From positions 2,046,001-2,110,000 of the forward strand of contig OZ218951.1 of the NCBI GenBank assembly GCA_965112735.1: a DNA stretch of 64,000 nucleotides. The letters run 5' to 3'. Positions 1-14,173 of this stretch are shown piece by piece. The position numbers and the translations under genes were made by a program. The notes beneath the pieces were generated by a model. It searched no databases, was not told the DNA's origin, and saw only the letters and a list, made by a program, of their open reading frames with translations. How positions within the stretch are numbered: position 1 is the stretch's first letter; every line of letters begins with the position of its first letter. The stretch is from Phaeosaccion multiseriatum (taxonomy: Eukaryota; Protista; Ochrophyta, other classes).

Positions 1-741
1 GGCTCATTGAGTTCGGAGAGCCGCCCACGTGGGAAGGTGCGTCAGTCAGTCAGTCCCAAGTACCTTCTCTTCGCCTCACTTAACTTCATTCACGTTAGTC
101 ACTCAACTCGTCAGTTGGCGCAGTCAGTCACTCTCCTATATGAGTGGCGCAGGGGCAGGGAGGACAGAACAGCTCTTCCTTCTCAATGGGGAATATTCCG
201 GGCGGAACATTCCGGAAGGTTCCTTTCCATTGCAATCTTTCTGTGGTCTGCTGGACACACCATCCGCAGGCAATTTGTTCTCTCATTTGCTTCGCGCAGG
301 CCTCAAGTCTCCTTTCTTCCCTCTTGTCCTGCCTTACATCCTTACCCCAACCTCCTTCTTCCCTCTTGTCATACCTTGGCTCCTGTGTGTGTGTGTGTGT
401 GCGTTTGTTCGTTTGTGGGTGCGTGCGTTTGCTCTTTTTTGGTGGGGTTTGGTTTGTCGGTGGACGACTACACAGGCCTGGAAACCCCACCCCCTGCGGT
501 GGACCCAAACATGCCCGAGGAGGCATGGGCAGACGAGGACTTGCCAGATGGCGGCGATTGGCGAACCAACATGACCATCGAGGGAGAGCTATACTACTGG
601 AATACGAGAACGGGGCAGGCCAGCTGGGTCAAGCCAAGGGAGGAGGGGGAGGGGGGCGGTTTTGTCGGCGTGCCACCACAGCCACAGGATGCGGATGCCG
701 TATCACCAACTGCGCCTGCCGCTGGTGGGGGGGCTTCATGA
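1..741 (+). CDS. WW-domain protein, 3' part (spliced; 5' end probably outside the window)
   Basis: The last exon (about 476-741) reads LPDGGDWRTNMTIEGELYYWNTRTGQASWVKP, matching the WW consensus W-x(9-10)-G-x-x-YY-x-N-x-x-T-x-x-x-W-x-x-P, with stop at 739-741. Upstream there is a GT donor near 37 and microsatellite-containing introns. Confidence 0.75.
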   Translation, partial: GSLSSESRPRGKVRQSVSPKYLLFASLNFIHVSHSTRQLAQSVTLLYEWRRGREDRTALPSQWGIFRAEHSGRFLSIAIFLWSAGHTIRRQFVLSFASRRPQVSFLPSCPALHPYPNLLLPSCHTLAPVCVCVCVCSFVGACVCSFLVGFGLSVDDYTGLETPPPAVDPNMPEEAWADEDLPDGGDWRTNMTIEGELYYWNTRTGQASWVKPREEGEGGGFVGVPPQPQDADAVSPTAPAAGGGAS

Positions 742-1705
742 CAGACTCACTTGTGATGGATCTGTCAGGGAGGCAGGAGGAGGAGGAGGAGGTGCTTCCG
801 AAGTTTTGGAAGTGTGCTACTTACGTACGGATACGTCTGAACGATTCCCACACGTGTGGGGCAGAGTGCGTGGGTGCGCGTGTCAAAATTCCGCAGTAAT
901 GTTACGATGATACATGGAATTTTGTAGAAAATCTCTTCCTGTATCTATTCCCTGCCTCTTGCTGCTTGCCTGCAAGCCTTTTGCCTGCCACCCAAAGAGG
1001 GCAAGCGCCGCATCAGGCCTCTAACAATCCAGATAAATGTAGGCCTCAAACCCGAAAAAACAAAAGCAAAACGAGGCAGCAGCAGCAGCAGCAGCAGCAC
1101 CACCATCATCACCACCGCAGCGAACACTACAATGCTCCCCCTCCGCGTCCTCGTCCTCCTCGTCCTCCTCGTCCTGCTCCTCCTCCTCCTCCCCCCCTCC
1201 CTGTTGCTGCATGGTGGTGTGCGCTTCATCTTCTCGCCTCCCGCGAGAGTCCCCGTTCCCTCCTCCTCCCCCTCCTCCACTTGCCGCAGTCATCCCCTGC
1301 CTGTTCAAACCCTCCTATGAAGGACGCCTGGCAAGGCCTGGTACAATCAAATGCCCATGCCTATGCGCCATGTCGATGCGTGCCCGTATACCTGCCTATG
1401 CGTGGCCAGAGCATTACCATCGCCACCACGATCAAAGCGAGCGAGGAGAGCACCGAAAATGCACTTTCTCGACCCGTCAACGGAAAGGCCTCTCCTGGGG
1501 CCCCGTGGCCTTCGCGCTGTTTGAATGCTTCTTCCTACGAGCAGTCAATCCGCCCTCTTGTCCTGAGCAGTCAATCCGCCCTCTGTCCTCCTGTCCTCCT
1601 GTCCTCCTTGTACTCTTGCCCACTGCTGCTGTTCTCTCATGTCCTGTCTCAGCTCTGCTCCACTCCACTCGGCTCTGGTCTCCCCTCCCCTCGCCCTACC
1701 CTGGC

Positions 1706-4537
1706 CTTAGTTGGGCACCCCCGACCCAAGCGCCGCTGCCCCCATTCTCCAGAACTCCACATGGTCTCTCACATCCTTGACGTCCTTGGTGGCCTCGAGG
1801 AAGTCTCCAATGACCTCCAGCTCGGTGTCGTCCATCTCGTCGATCCAGCTCATGCAGTCGATCGCGTTCTCGGGCTGGGGGGGGGGGGGTGGGAATGAGA
1901 GAGTGAGAGAGTGAGAGAGTGAGACAGTGAGAGAGTGAGATAGGGAGCGCCGAAGCTCAACTTACCCCTCCCTCCCTCCTTCACGGACCCGCAAGCTGAA
2001 ACTCAAAACACCTCATTCTCCTTGACTAACCCATAAGCTGAAACTCAAAAACATGTCCTCATTCTCCTTGACTAACCCATAAGCTGAAACTCAAAACATG
2101 TCCTCATTCTCCTTGACTTACTAACCTGGAACATGTACGCCATAGGGGAGTTGTCAACGATGATGGTATCGTCGAGGTTGCGGTTTCCGCGCAGCATGGT
2201 GAGGTCCTTGACAAAATAGCCCTCATGGAACACGCAGTGCTCGCGGAATAGGCGGTCCGTGATGTAGCCTGGTAGGAGAGGGGAGGGGAGGAGGGGGGAG
2301 AGGAGAGCGGGGTGGGGAGGGAGGGAGGGCAGGATAGGGTGGAGTGAGGAGGAGGAGGAGGAGGAGGAGGAGGAGGAGGAGGAGGAGGAAGAGGAGGAGG
2401 AGGAGGAGGAGGAGGAGGAGGAGGATGAGTGGGCTGCGAGAAAGGAGGGGGGATGTAGCGAAGCGCCACTATACTGGGCTTCGATCTGTTTTTTGTCTGT
2501 CCCGTGAGATTGAAAAGAGCGACTCAGACAGAGCACGTATGGAAGGAAGGAAAGAAGGAAGTAAGCCTTCCAACTTGGAGGAGAGCCGTGTCCTCCTCCT
2601 CCACAGCTCTTCTCTTACCCGCCCTCTGTGCCCGACAGGTTAGGTCCTTACACCTCTGTCTGTCTGAGAGGGAAGGCCCTGACCCTCGACCCTTACTCCC
2701 CGCCCCTTCCTTCTCCACCCAGACATCCGCATGCCCTCCCTCCCTTTCCCTCACGAACTGCCTCTTTCATGTTATCCCCCCCTCTGTCCAACCGACCCAC
2801 ACCCCCCCTTCTTCAGCCAGAGACATCCATGCCCTCCCCCCCTTGCCTCTGCCCCCCCCCCCCTCTATCCACCCACCCCTCCATCCATCTACCCCGCGGG
2901 CGGTCCCTCTCCTGAGTCGAGTCTCTTCTTTCCATCTCATCTCCCCGTTGCCATAGATGAGCATCTCCCTCTCTCTCTCTCCCTCTCTCTCTCCCTCTCG
3001 CGCGCTCTCTCTCTCTCTCTCTCTCCCCCTCTCTCGCTCTGTCCCACTCTGCCCCCCTTTCTCGCTCTTCCTCCTTCCTTCTCTCTCGCGCTCTGTCCCA
3101 CTCACTCACTCACTCACTCACTCACCCACTCACTCACCCATGGGATCAAGCATGTCGAGAAGGGGGTTTGCGTACTGTGGCAAGGACGCTGTGAAGATTA
3201 TCACCTGGTATGATGGGGTGCATGGGTTAATGGATGGATGGAGGGGGGGTGCATGGGTTAATGGATGGATGGAGCGGGGGTGCATGGATTAATGGATAAA
3301 TGAATGTTTGATTGTCGAAGGCGAGGAGCAGGAGCAAGGCACGAGAAGGGGTGCGCAAATAGGAGGAGACAGGGCCGAAGACACACGCTCAACGGCGCAG
3401 CTCCCTCTCCCCCCCCCCCAAGCCGTGCTCTAACCCACCCATCCCCTCACTTCACCTCCTCTCACCTCGTAAATCTTCGACATCCTCCGGAGGAACTCCT
3501 CCGCTCCGGGCCGTTTCAGCACAAACACCTTGTAGTGAGAACTGTCCACCTGTATGTCCAGCGTGTAGTCCGATCGAGGCACCGGTTTGAAGCTCGAATG
3601 CACCAGCGTCTCGTCGAGGTCCAGCACGAGCAGCTTCCTCCCTGAGTGCTTGGCCCGCTGGGGCCCCAGGAGACGGTCAATGTGACCTCCCTCGGGAGGG
3701 TTGTCGTCGGTGTCTCTGGACATGGTTTCATCCGCATCGGAGGCCGACTTCAGGCACGATAGGAAACCAGAGCACCACCCCATCCGCTTTTCTACTGTTG
3801 GAAGGGTGGGTGGGAGGGCGGGTGGGCGGTGGTAGGTTGGAGGAGGGAGAGGGAGGGGAGGGGGGGGCGGGGCGGGGTGGTGAGGAGCAGATTGTGGGGA
3901 GGGGACAAGAGAGAAGAGGGCGATGAGGTGGCACCGGAGGGAAGACGGAGGCAGGCAGACAAACCAGGCAGGCGGATAACCAGACAGACAGGCATGTAGA
4001 CAGGCAGGCAGGCAGGCACACAAGCAGACAGGCAGATGGGCAAGCAGACAGGCATGCAGGCAAACAGTCACAAGAGAGGTACGAGGTGGCAAACCAGCGA
4101 AAGAAAGCATTGATGCGCATACGCCCTGTCTCTGACGCGATCGCTGTCGCTGTCGTACCACTTGGGCGCAAAGGCTTCTCGTCATCAGAGTCGGAGCCCC
4201 CAGCTGGGGGAGGTGGTGTGACCGCGGCTGCTGGCGGCTGGTACCCGGCAGGCGCCTCTGTTTTTTGCTGCACACCGTCCTTATCCGCCTGCTGGATCAG
4301 AGCTTTGAGGTTGTCAGGGATGCGTTGCAAAACGCTGCTGCGGCGCCTCTCCTTGTTGGCGAGCTCTGCCTCAGTGGGTGCCGCTGGCGCTTCGTCCTCT
4401 TGGCCCTCTTCTCCCTCTGCTACTGCTGCTGCTACGGCCGTGTGGTCTACAGCGCCACTGCCGCTGCCGCTCGTCTTCATCGAAGCGGCGAGGGCGGTGG
4501 TGTCGATGCCATCCACGGTCGATCTCCGCCTCTCCAT
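1706..4537 (-). CDS. SCP/CTDSP-type (FCP1-like, NIF domain) HAD protein phosphatase
   Basis: Exons 4537-4123, 3794-3466, 3204-3138, 2268-2126 and 1874-about 1706 join in frame at GT-AG sites. Motifs: LVLDLDETLVHSSF (DxDxT), VFVLKRPGAEEFL, VIIFTASLPQYANPLLDMLD, RLFREHC, YFVKDL, IIVDNSP, PENAI. The 3' end is uncertain and a further exon near 1020-1310 is possible. Confidence 0.92.
1993..2125. repeat. Intronic minisatellite, about 45 bp x3
   Basis: The unit aagctgaaactcaaaacatgtcctcattctccttgactaacccat occurs three times with small indels, next to the intron donor. Confidence 0.9.
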
Positions 4538-5775
4538 AGCTGTTGCGAAGAGAGAAGGGGTGGAGAGAGAGAGAGAGAGGGGGGGGGGGGGGGGATGAAG
4601 GACACTCCTTTCGCTGAGGCTGTGATGATCCGATGCATGACACAAACGAAGAGCAGCACGTTTTCATCGCTTGCCTTCCCCGTAGCCCCCCTCTCCCACG
4701 CAGAGAAAAAACAAAAGACGCCCAAGCGTTTTGCTCTCTGAGCTACTCTACGTGACGGGTCAGACAACGACACCGAACCGTCCCAACGGCCATTCCACAG
4801 CCCTTCCCCACCCACCCACAGACGAGTATCCCCAGCAAGCACCACCGCGTACCTTTTTGCCTGGCCAGCAAAATCGCCTCGGCCATCTCCTCATCCTCTC
4901 CACTCACGATGAAGGACTGACGGGCAAACACCTTGGGCTTTCCCTGATCAGCCTCCTCGGGATAGACCACCGAGCCGGACCGGGTACTGCATTCGTTGGA
5001 GGAGAGGGGGGGGGGCAAGAGAAGCGTGGCCGTGGATAGGGAGTGGAGACGGAATGAGCAACAGTATAGGAAAGGTGTGTCGCCATACGGGCGAATCGAA
5101 TGGTGAGTGAAGGGAGGCCTCCACAGAGGCACCGCCGCCGCAGCAGCACCACCGCTGTGCTGTCTTTCTATCCCATTGGTGGGTGGCGCGGTGCGGTGCG
5201 GATGATGACGAAGGTGACGCTGCTCCTCCTCACTCACCCACCCACGCGCCCCTCCACACCCCCCCATCCAAGAGGAAGATCATGGTCTTATCCCGCAAAG
5301 GAAGCACTTCTACCCCCCCCCCCCAATCCTCCGTCTCCTCTTGAATTTTTTCACTCACGTCTTGGAAGGGGTACCCTCCTCCCCTCCCGTGGCTACCTCT
5401 TCCGGCATGATAGCGAAGCCAATCTTCGCTCAGCCTTTGGAAGTGATAGTTTGTTCTCTGCCCCGGCGTTGCTCCCCTCCTCCTGCTGTCCCCTTCCCTG
5501 CTTGGGAGTCTGCGGAGTCCTGACTGGGAGATTTGCGTCTTTCCTCAAGGCTGTACTTGCGGTAATATGGTAAGCTTTCTATAGAGAAAAAGGGAAGGGG
5601 AGAGGGGGAGAGGAACGGGAATACAAAACGGGCAGGAGCCCCCTGGGACTTTGTGTGAGGGTTGGTGATACAGATCACAGTTCGTGCTTTCGTGCCTTCG
5701 TGCCTTCGTGATCCTTCGTGAAGGGTACAGTAGCAGGGCCGGAACTTGCGGGGTCCAGAGTAGTCGTCCTCAGTC

Positions 5776-6076
5776 TTGGGGATGGCCTCGAAGGCCATGC
5801 CCATGAGTGTGGCGGCGTCGAAGGAAGCGCCCATCCGTCCGAGGCGCGTCTGGAGCTGGTTTACCTGAGTGAAGTACTCGTTCGGATTTGACCGCATATC
5901 CATCTTGCAGGACAGAAGGGCCCACCCTCGCGACCAACATGCGGGCCCTTCTGTCCTCGGAACTTTCCAAATGAGTACTTCACTCAAGTGAACCAGCTCC
6001 AGACGCGCCTCGGACGGATGGGCGCTTCCTTCGACGCCGCCACACTCATGGGCATGGCCTTCGAGGCCATCCCCAA
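5776..6076. mobile_element. Inverted duplication (hairpin) of a Ty1/copia gag-like fragment
   Basis: Arms 5776-5882 and 5970-6076 are reverse complements with 3 differences. Each encodes NEYFTQVNQLQTRLGRMGASFDAATLMGMAFEAIP, which resembles copia gag (UBN2-type region). An inner 15-bp stem pairs 5909-5923 with 5943-5957. Confidence 0.7.
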
Positions 6077-6099
6077 CCCTGAGTAACAACATCTGCAGG

Positions 6100-6410
6100 A
6101 CGGCCTTGAGAGCGGGAGCGGCAGCAGCCCACAGCGAGACCCGCAAGGAGCGGCACTATGCCGGCACCTACGACCGAGAGCGTGTTCGCCTCACCACCTT
6201 CGCCATCGAGACCCACGGACGACTCGGCGCACAGGCGCAATCGCTCCTACACGCACTCGCCGAGCACGTGGTCTCCCGCACGGGCCGCACTGGCTCCTCC
6301 ACCACCAAGGGCCACGTCCCGACCAGACTTCGCCGTCTCGTCAGCTGCAGCCACAAGATGTGGCTCTCGGAGCGAGAGCGCGCCTTCCTGGGTCGGCTCA
6401 ACCGCGGAGC
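6100..6410 (+). mobile_element. Non-LTR retrotransposon (CRE-like) restriction-like endonuclease, C-terminal fragment
   Basis: AAAHSETRKERHY...TFAIETHGRLGAQAQSLLHALA...LRRLVS fits the A..E..K..(K/H)Y...F.(P)..(E)T.G..G..A..L..LA...L..RLS pattern at the end of CRE-clade RLE elements. Confidence 0.6.
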
Positions 6411-6469
6411 TGGTCAGAGCGCAAAGCGGCTGCGGCTGCCTGAAATAGGGGGGAACAGCGCCCCGTCTG

Positions 6470-7388
6470 AACGGAAGAGCCTTCGCCCCATTCCAAGGTG
6501 CTGCCTCTGGAGGACACGATGCTGAAGATCATGGGCGTTGTAGGGAAGGGGCATCACAATTCGTCGCTGGGGTGAACAAGGATTGGAGGAGGCTGAATAG
6601 CGCCGCCCATCCCACTTTGGAGACTTCTCTTCGTCACAGCGTGCTCGGGTCTGACGCGCGCCTCAAATGGGCCGTCGGGCAGGGCTATCCGTTGACCCTT
6701 AGGCTTTCAGAGCTGCAGCCCGGTGGAAAGACTTGAGCACCTGCAAGGCCCTCCATCGCAAAGTGGGGGGGGGGTGACTTACCATGGAAGGGGAGGGGGT
6801 GTGAGTACGCTGCCCAGAATGCCACGCACGGCACGAGTATTCTCAAGTGGCTCCGCTCGGAAAGCCCTAACAAGAGACCGTGCCCCTGGAACGAGTATAC
6901 TTGCACTCAAGCCGCATTGAGAGGGGACGTGGACATGCTCACGTGGCTGCTCTCGGACGAGGCGAACGCTCCTTTCCACTTGATTCTTTGGATAGATGCC
7001 GCTTCAAAGGGACATATCAATGTGCTGCAGGTGCTTCTGAATCACCCCAAGATCAGGTCCGAGCTGGATGTGGCAGATGAACACCGCGGTGTTCGGATGG
7101 GGGGGGCTATTATTGCTGCGTATAGGGGGCACCCGCTGGCTGCATACAAACGCTCGTGAGCTGTGTGATTGGGACAGGGATGTGTGTGCCAATGCGCTCG
7201 AGTATGCAAAGAGCCTCGCCGTGCTCAAGTGGCTGCGATCCGAGAGCGTCATGTGCCCGTGGGACATGCGCGTTTGCCCGGAGGTGCTGCTCAACATGGG
7301 TAGCTGGGATGGGGGGAGGAATGATACGTTCGAGGAGATTAAGCGGTGGGTGCACACCAATGGCCACCCCTGCGACTGCGAAGACTGA
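6470..7388 (+). pseudogene. Frameshifted copy of the F-box-like/ankyrin-like 'HANGHPCxCED' family
   Basis: Fragments in different frames (KVLPLEDTMLKIMGVVGKGHH; RGDVDMLTWLLSDEANAPF; WLHTNARELCDWDRDVCANALEY...KRWVHTNGHPCDCED) are homologous to 16956-17876 and 54881-55948, with several frameshifts and stops. Confidence 0.85.
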
Positions 7389-7559
7389 TTGACTGATCAT
7401 CGTCACTTTTGCTCCTGGCGGCCCACCGGGAGAGCACGGCATGAGGACCAGGCAGCTCGACCACAGCCACTTGAATCCAGCCAGGAGGGCAGTTGGTTTG
7501 GCGAGGGAGGCAGTCAGGGGGGCAGTGCCCGGTAGGTTTGGCGAGGGAGGCAGTGCGGG

Positions 7560-7625
7560 CGGGCTTCTCCTGCATGTGTATCAAAGTGCTTCGACCATGG
7601 TCTCCGAGTCGAGGCACTCTCCACT
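7560..7625 (-). mobile_element. Possible copia RNase H fragment
   Basis: The minus strand reads ESASTRRPWSKHFDTHA, similar to the copia RNase H motif R-x-KHIDI. The match is short. Confidence 0.35.
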
Positions 7626-7635
7626 TGAGCGAGGC

Positions 7636-7900
7636 CGCAGCACAAGGAGGGAGGGAGGGAGGGAGGGTGTTGCGATATCCCCTCGAGGAATGGACGGAGG
7701 CGTACTGGGCGGAGCTTAACGCTATAGAGCAACGCCAGGTATGGGAGGAGGTAGACTATGAGGAGGGTATGAATGTGCTGCAGGCAGTCATGCTCTTCTC
7801 ATAGTCTACCTCCTCCCATACCTGGCGTTGCTCTATAGCGTTAAGCTCCGCCCAGTACGCCTCCGTCCATTCCTCTGCGTACTCTCCCGCTTGTGCTGCG
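7636..7900. mobile_element. Perfect inverted duplication (hairpin) of a Ty1/copia reverse-transcriptase N-terminal fragment
   Basis: 7685-7762 and 7798-7875 are exact 78-bp reverse complements encoding EEWTEAYWAELNAIEQRQVWEEVDYE, matching the copia pattern W..A...E...L.....W..V just before RT. Confidence 0.8.
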
Positions 7901-8590
7901 CGCCGACCACCTTTGTAGAACCAGCTAGCTGTGAAGTGTCGCGACAGCTGTCGTGTTGCGATATCCCCTCTACAGAAACAGTGACAGGCCAAGTAGTGTC
8001 AACTCTTTTATATACCCATGAGAGATACGTCTAAAGAAGTGATGGCTTTGGCGCCACACATGTACCTCGATATTCGATGTCGATATAGTGCTCAGTCACA
8101 TAAGTCGATGTTCATCGTAACAGAGGGAGGGGGGGGGAGGTCCCGCCTTGCTCGAAACTTGGGAGGGAAGCGCACAAACGAGCAAGAGCGAGACATGCAT
8201 GCGTTGCATCTTGGTCAGAGGCACCAGATACGCGAGGGCTGAGGGATTCTGACTGTCCAGGCCGACTCAGAGATTGGGGGCGCGTTGCGTGTTGGTGCTG
8301 CCCCGTCCTGTGTCCTTGCCTTCCGTTGCAGATGCTGAAGCTTGGATAATAATTAACGCTCGATTTGCATATTGCGTGGATCGCCCAAATCGCCCCCCTT
8401 TTTTGGACACTTGTAGCAAAATGACGCTGGGAGATAGCTCTTCGTGTACAGTACCTCTTTGAGATGCCTATCGATCATAGTCTTTCCACTTTTATCGCTT
8501 TTTTCTCTCCATTTTTGTGGGAGGTTAGAGGCCTCTGTAGGCCTCTGAAACTCTTCTCCACCCCCCTCCCCCCCCAATATATATATATAT

Positions 8591-11432
<2,842 letters not shown>

Positions 11433-11838
11433 AGGGCTTGCTTGATGATTGACGATGGCCAGCGGCCAAGTCTCATGCAGCCACGCGTGTGCGTCGGAGC
11501 GCTGACGTCCGATGACCAGCCAAGACCGACACACAGGCCAGTGACCCACGGCAGCAGCCAGGAGAGCGAGGCAGGAGGAGAAAGCATCCACAAGACAGGA
11601 GGAGGAGAGGAGGGGAGAGACGACGACCTTTGTTCCAGAGGGTCTTTTGCACTGAGCTGAGTCAGGAAGGGCCTCGACGGATATGGAAGGGGGGGGGGTC
11701 GTTTACTGCTCGCGTGCTCTGTCGAGGCAGAGGGCACGCTCGACAAGAGTGCGTGAAGGCCTGAACTGAAGCACGGGAGAATGACATGGGAGGGGCACGG
11801 GAAACAGACATAATAGTAGTAGTAGAGGGGTAGAAGGC

Positions 11839-11869
<31 letters not shown>

Positions 11870-12479
11870 AAGAGTAGTAGTAGTAGTAGTAGTAGTAGAA
11901 GTAGCTAAAAGAGAGAAAAGAAGTAACATACAAAACCCACTCAATAGAGAGGACAAAGACAGAGCACCGAACCACCTTGTTGAGAGTGGAGGCATTTGGG
12001 TGCGTGGGAATGTGTCTGTCCCCACCACCGCCCCGCTTCTTCGCAAGATGAAAGCTCGTGTGGGTTGGGTAGAAAATGCGTTCTTCTGTACTTGCATATT
12101 CGTAAGGTCTACATCTTCTATGGTCTCAATCACTTATGTTCTCCTACTGTTCTACTTTCCGAAGGCAGACTTGCCAAAGGGCAGTAAGTGTCCTCAGAAG
12201 GCAGCAAGTGCCCTCCACCCCGACCCGCCCCCCCTCCGTGCAATGCACCCCCTTCCTCCTCTCCTGCACTGTACCGTCGGCTAACCCAAAACAGTCCAAC
12301 GCAGCTATAGACCAAAAATATCTGAGCATAGATTGGTGGGTTTGCATCAACGCCCATGCCCATCAAGCCCTCCCTCCTCTCCATGCTGGTCAGTCAAGGC
12401 CACTACAGAGCGTCATTGACTTATTGACTTGGTCAGTCACGTCAGGCCATGAAATAACTTTAGTCAGCCAGTCAGTCAA

Positions 12480-13721
12480 TCACCCTTGATTGATGAGATG
12501 GCTCATGCGAGCGGCCTTGGCTTCCAGGTAGCGCTCGTTGTGCGGATTGGGCGGCACCAGCATAGGAATGCGCTCCTCCACCTCCACCCCCGTGGCCCGC
12601 ATCCATTCCAGCTTGTACGGGTTGTTGGTCATGAGAGCGACGGACTTGATGCCCATGTCAGCGAGTATGTGACTCACACACCCGTAGCTGCGGGCATCGT
12701 CCGGCAGTCCGAGGGCCCGGTTGGCGTCGACGGTATCCATGCCGCCGTCCTGGAGGTGGTAGGCGGCCACCTTATTGGCGAGGCCAATGCCTCGCCCCTC
12801 CTGCTGGAGATAGATGACCGCGCCCTCGTGTTGCTTAATGTAAGCGAGGGACGCGTCCAGCTGTTCGCGGCAGTCGCACCGGCGGCTCCCCAGCACCTCG
12901 CTCGTTTGACACTGGTCATGAACCCTCAGAGCGACCTTGTGTTTGCCCCGCAAGTCTCCAGACACCATCACCACCGGCTCGTGTGTAGCCCCTGCTGCGC
13001 TCAAATGCCGATACGCACGCAGGCGGAATGAGCCCTTGTCTGTGGGCAAGTCGCACTCACCCACAAAGGTCGTGACCCCCTCCCCGCCTCTGCTGCCTGC
13101 TGTTGCCCGCCCCAGAAGGATGGAGGAAGGGACATGCGGGGTAGCGTCTCCTCTAACGGCGCCGCCCGCGGGGGTGGTGGTGCTACTACCGCTGCCGCTG
13201 CTGCTCTTGCTACCGCTGCCCTTCCGACAGCATGGGCAGCTGGTGGTGCTCAGCATGGCAGACACGCGGTTTCTCTTTCTCTTTCTAGACACACGATTCT
13301 TCGAGGGCGATGGCGGCCCTTCATCACCCCCATCCTCCTCTGCTCCGTCGCTCCACGCTCCCCCCTTCTTGCGCTTGCAAGTGGTGGTGGTGGTTATCGT
13401 CGTGGTAGTTGTTGTTGCCGCCACAGGCTCGCCTTTCTCCTCGTCCGACTGCAAGTCGCCCTTCTTGGCTTCCCCTACCTGCCCCTTGGCCCCCTCTACG
13501 CCCCCCCCCCCCTCCTCTTTCTCCTCCTCCTCTTCCTCCTCACTGCTTTGCCCACCGCTGTCCGAGATAATCCCCAGTCGCGCGTTGTTCGGCAGAGAGA
13601 CGACCCCTCCAAAGAGATGGACCTGCTGCTGCTGCTGCTGCTGCTGCTGCTTGGCCACTGGAGCTGCTACCACCGGCGCCACCTCCTTCGCCCCTGATGG
13701 TCCCTCGACTATCTCCGACAT
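12480..13721 (-). CDS. ribA: GTP cyclohydrolase II (riboflavin biosynthesis) with a low-complexity N-terminal extension
   Basis: Motifs LPTDKGSF, LRVHDQCQTSEVLGSRRCDCREQL (Zn ligands C-x10-C-x-C), YLQQEGRGIGLANKVAAYHLQDGGMDTVDANRALG, LMTNNPYK and NERYLEAKAARMSH. Confidence 0.95.
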   Translation of the reverse strand: MSEIVEGPSGAKEVAPVVAAPVAKQQQQQQQQQVHLFGGVVSLPNNARLGIISDSGGQSSEEEEEEEKEEGGGGVEGAKGQVGEAKKGDLQSDEEKGEPVAATTTTTTITTTTTCKRKKGGAWSDGAEEDGGDEGPPSPSKNRVSRKRKRNRVSAMLSTTSCPCCRKGSGSKSSSGSGSSTTTPAGGAVRGDATPHVPSSILLGRATAGSRGGEGVTTFVGECDLPTDKGSFRLRAYRHLSAAGATHEPVVMVSGDLRGKHKVALRVHDQCQTSEVLGSRRCDCREQLDASLAYIKQHEGAVIYLQQEGRGIGLANKVAAYHLQDGGMDTVDANRALGLPDDARSYGCVSHILADMGIKSVALMTNNPYKLEWMRATGVEVEERIPMLVPPNPHNERYLEAKAARMSHLINQG

Positions 13722-14173
13722 GATTCAATGCTGGACGCTCAATAATGAGGGGGCGTACTTTCCTTTTTTTATGAAACCCTCCGGTCGATCTCTCCCGTCG
13801 GGAGATTGCGTTTCTCGCCGTCGTTGTATATAGCTATGGCTTGTGCCTCTCTGGTTAGCCTAATACTCCCAGCAATCAGAAGTGGTGACGTCAAAAGAGC
13901 TAAGTGCCTGCCTTCACAGAAAGAAATGGGGCACACTCGCACCACTGCCGGCCATGCGCATCATTCCAAAATCGATCCCCTCGAGAGGGAATGTCGACAT
14001 GCGTGTTCCAGTCTGCCTTCTTTAGAGAGAGAGCAAACAAAACGATAGAAGCGCGTACACCCATTGTCCCAGTAGTGCAGAGGTAGAGCAGCAGAAGCTT
14101 CAAGGACGAGGAGAAAAGGAGAGGAGAGATCGGCAGCAGAAGAGACAGACCCGCGAGACTTGCACAAAGAGTC

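Noticed and set aside
5590-8000. An intact LTR retrotransposon
   Set aside because: No paired LTRs, no continuous gag-pol and no integrase or RT catalytic core; only short fragments are present.
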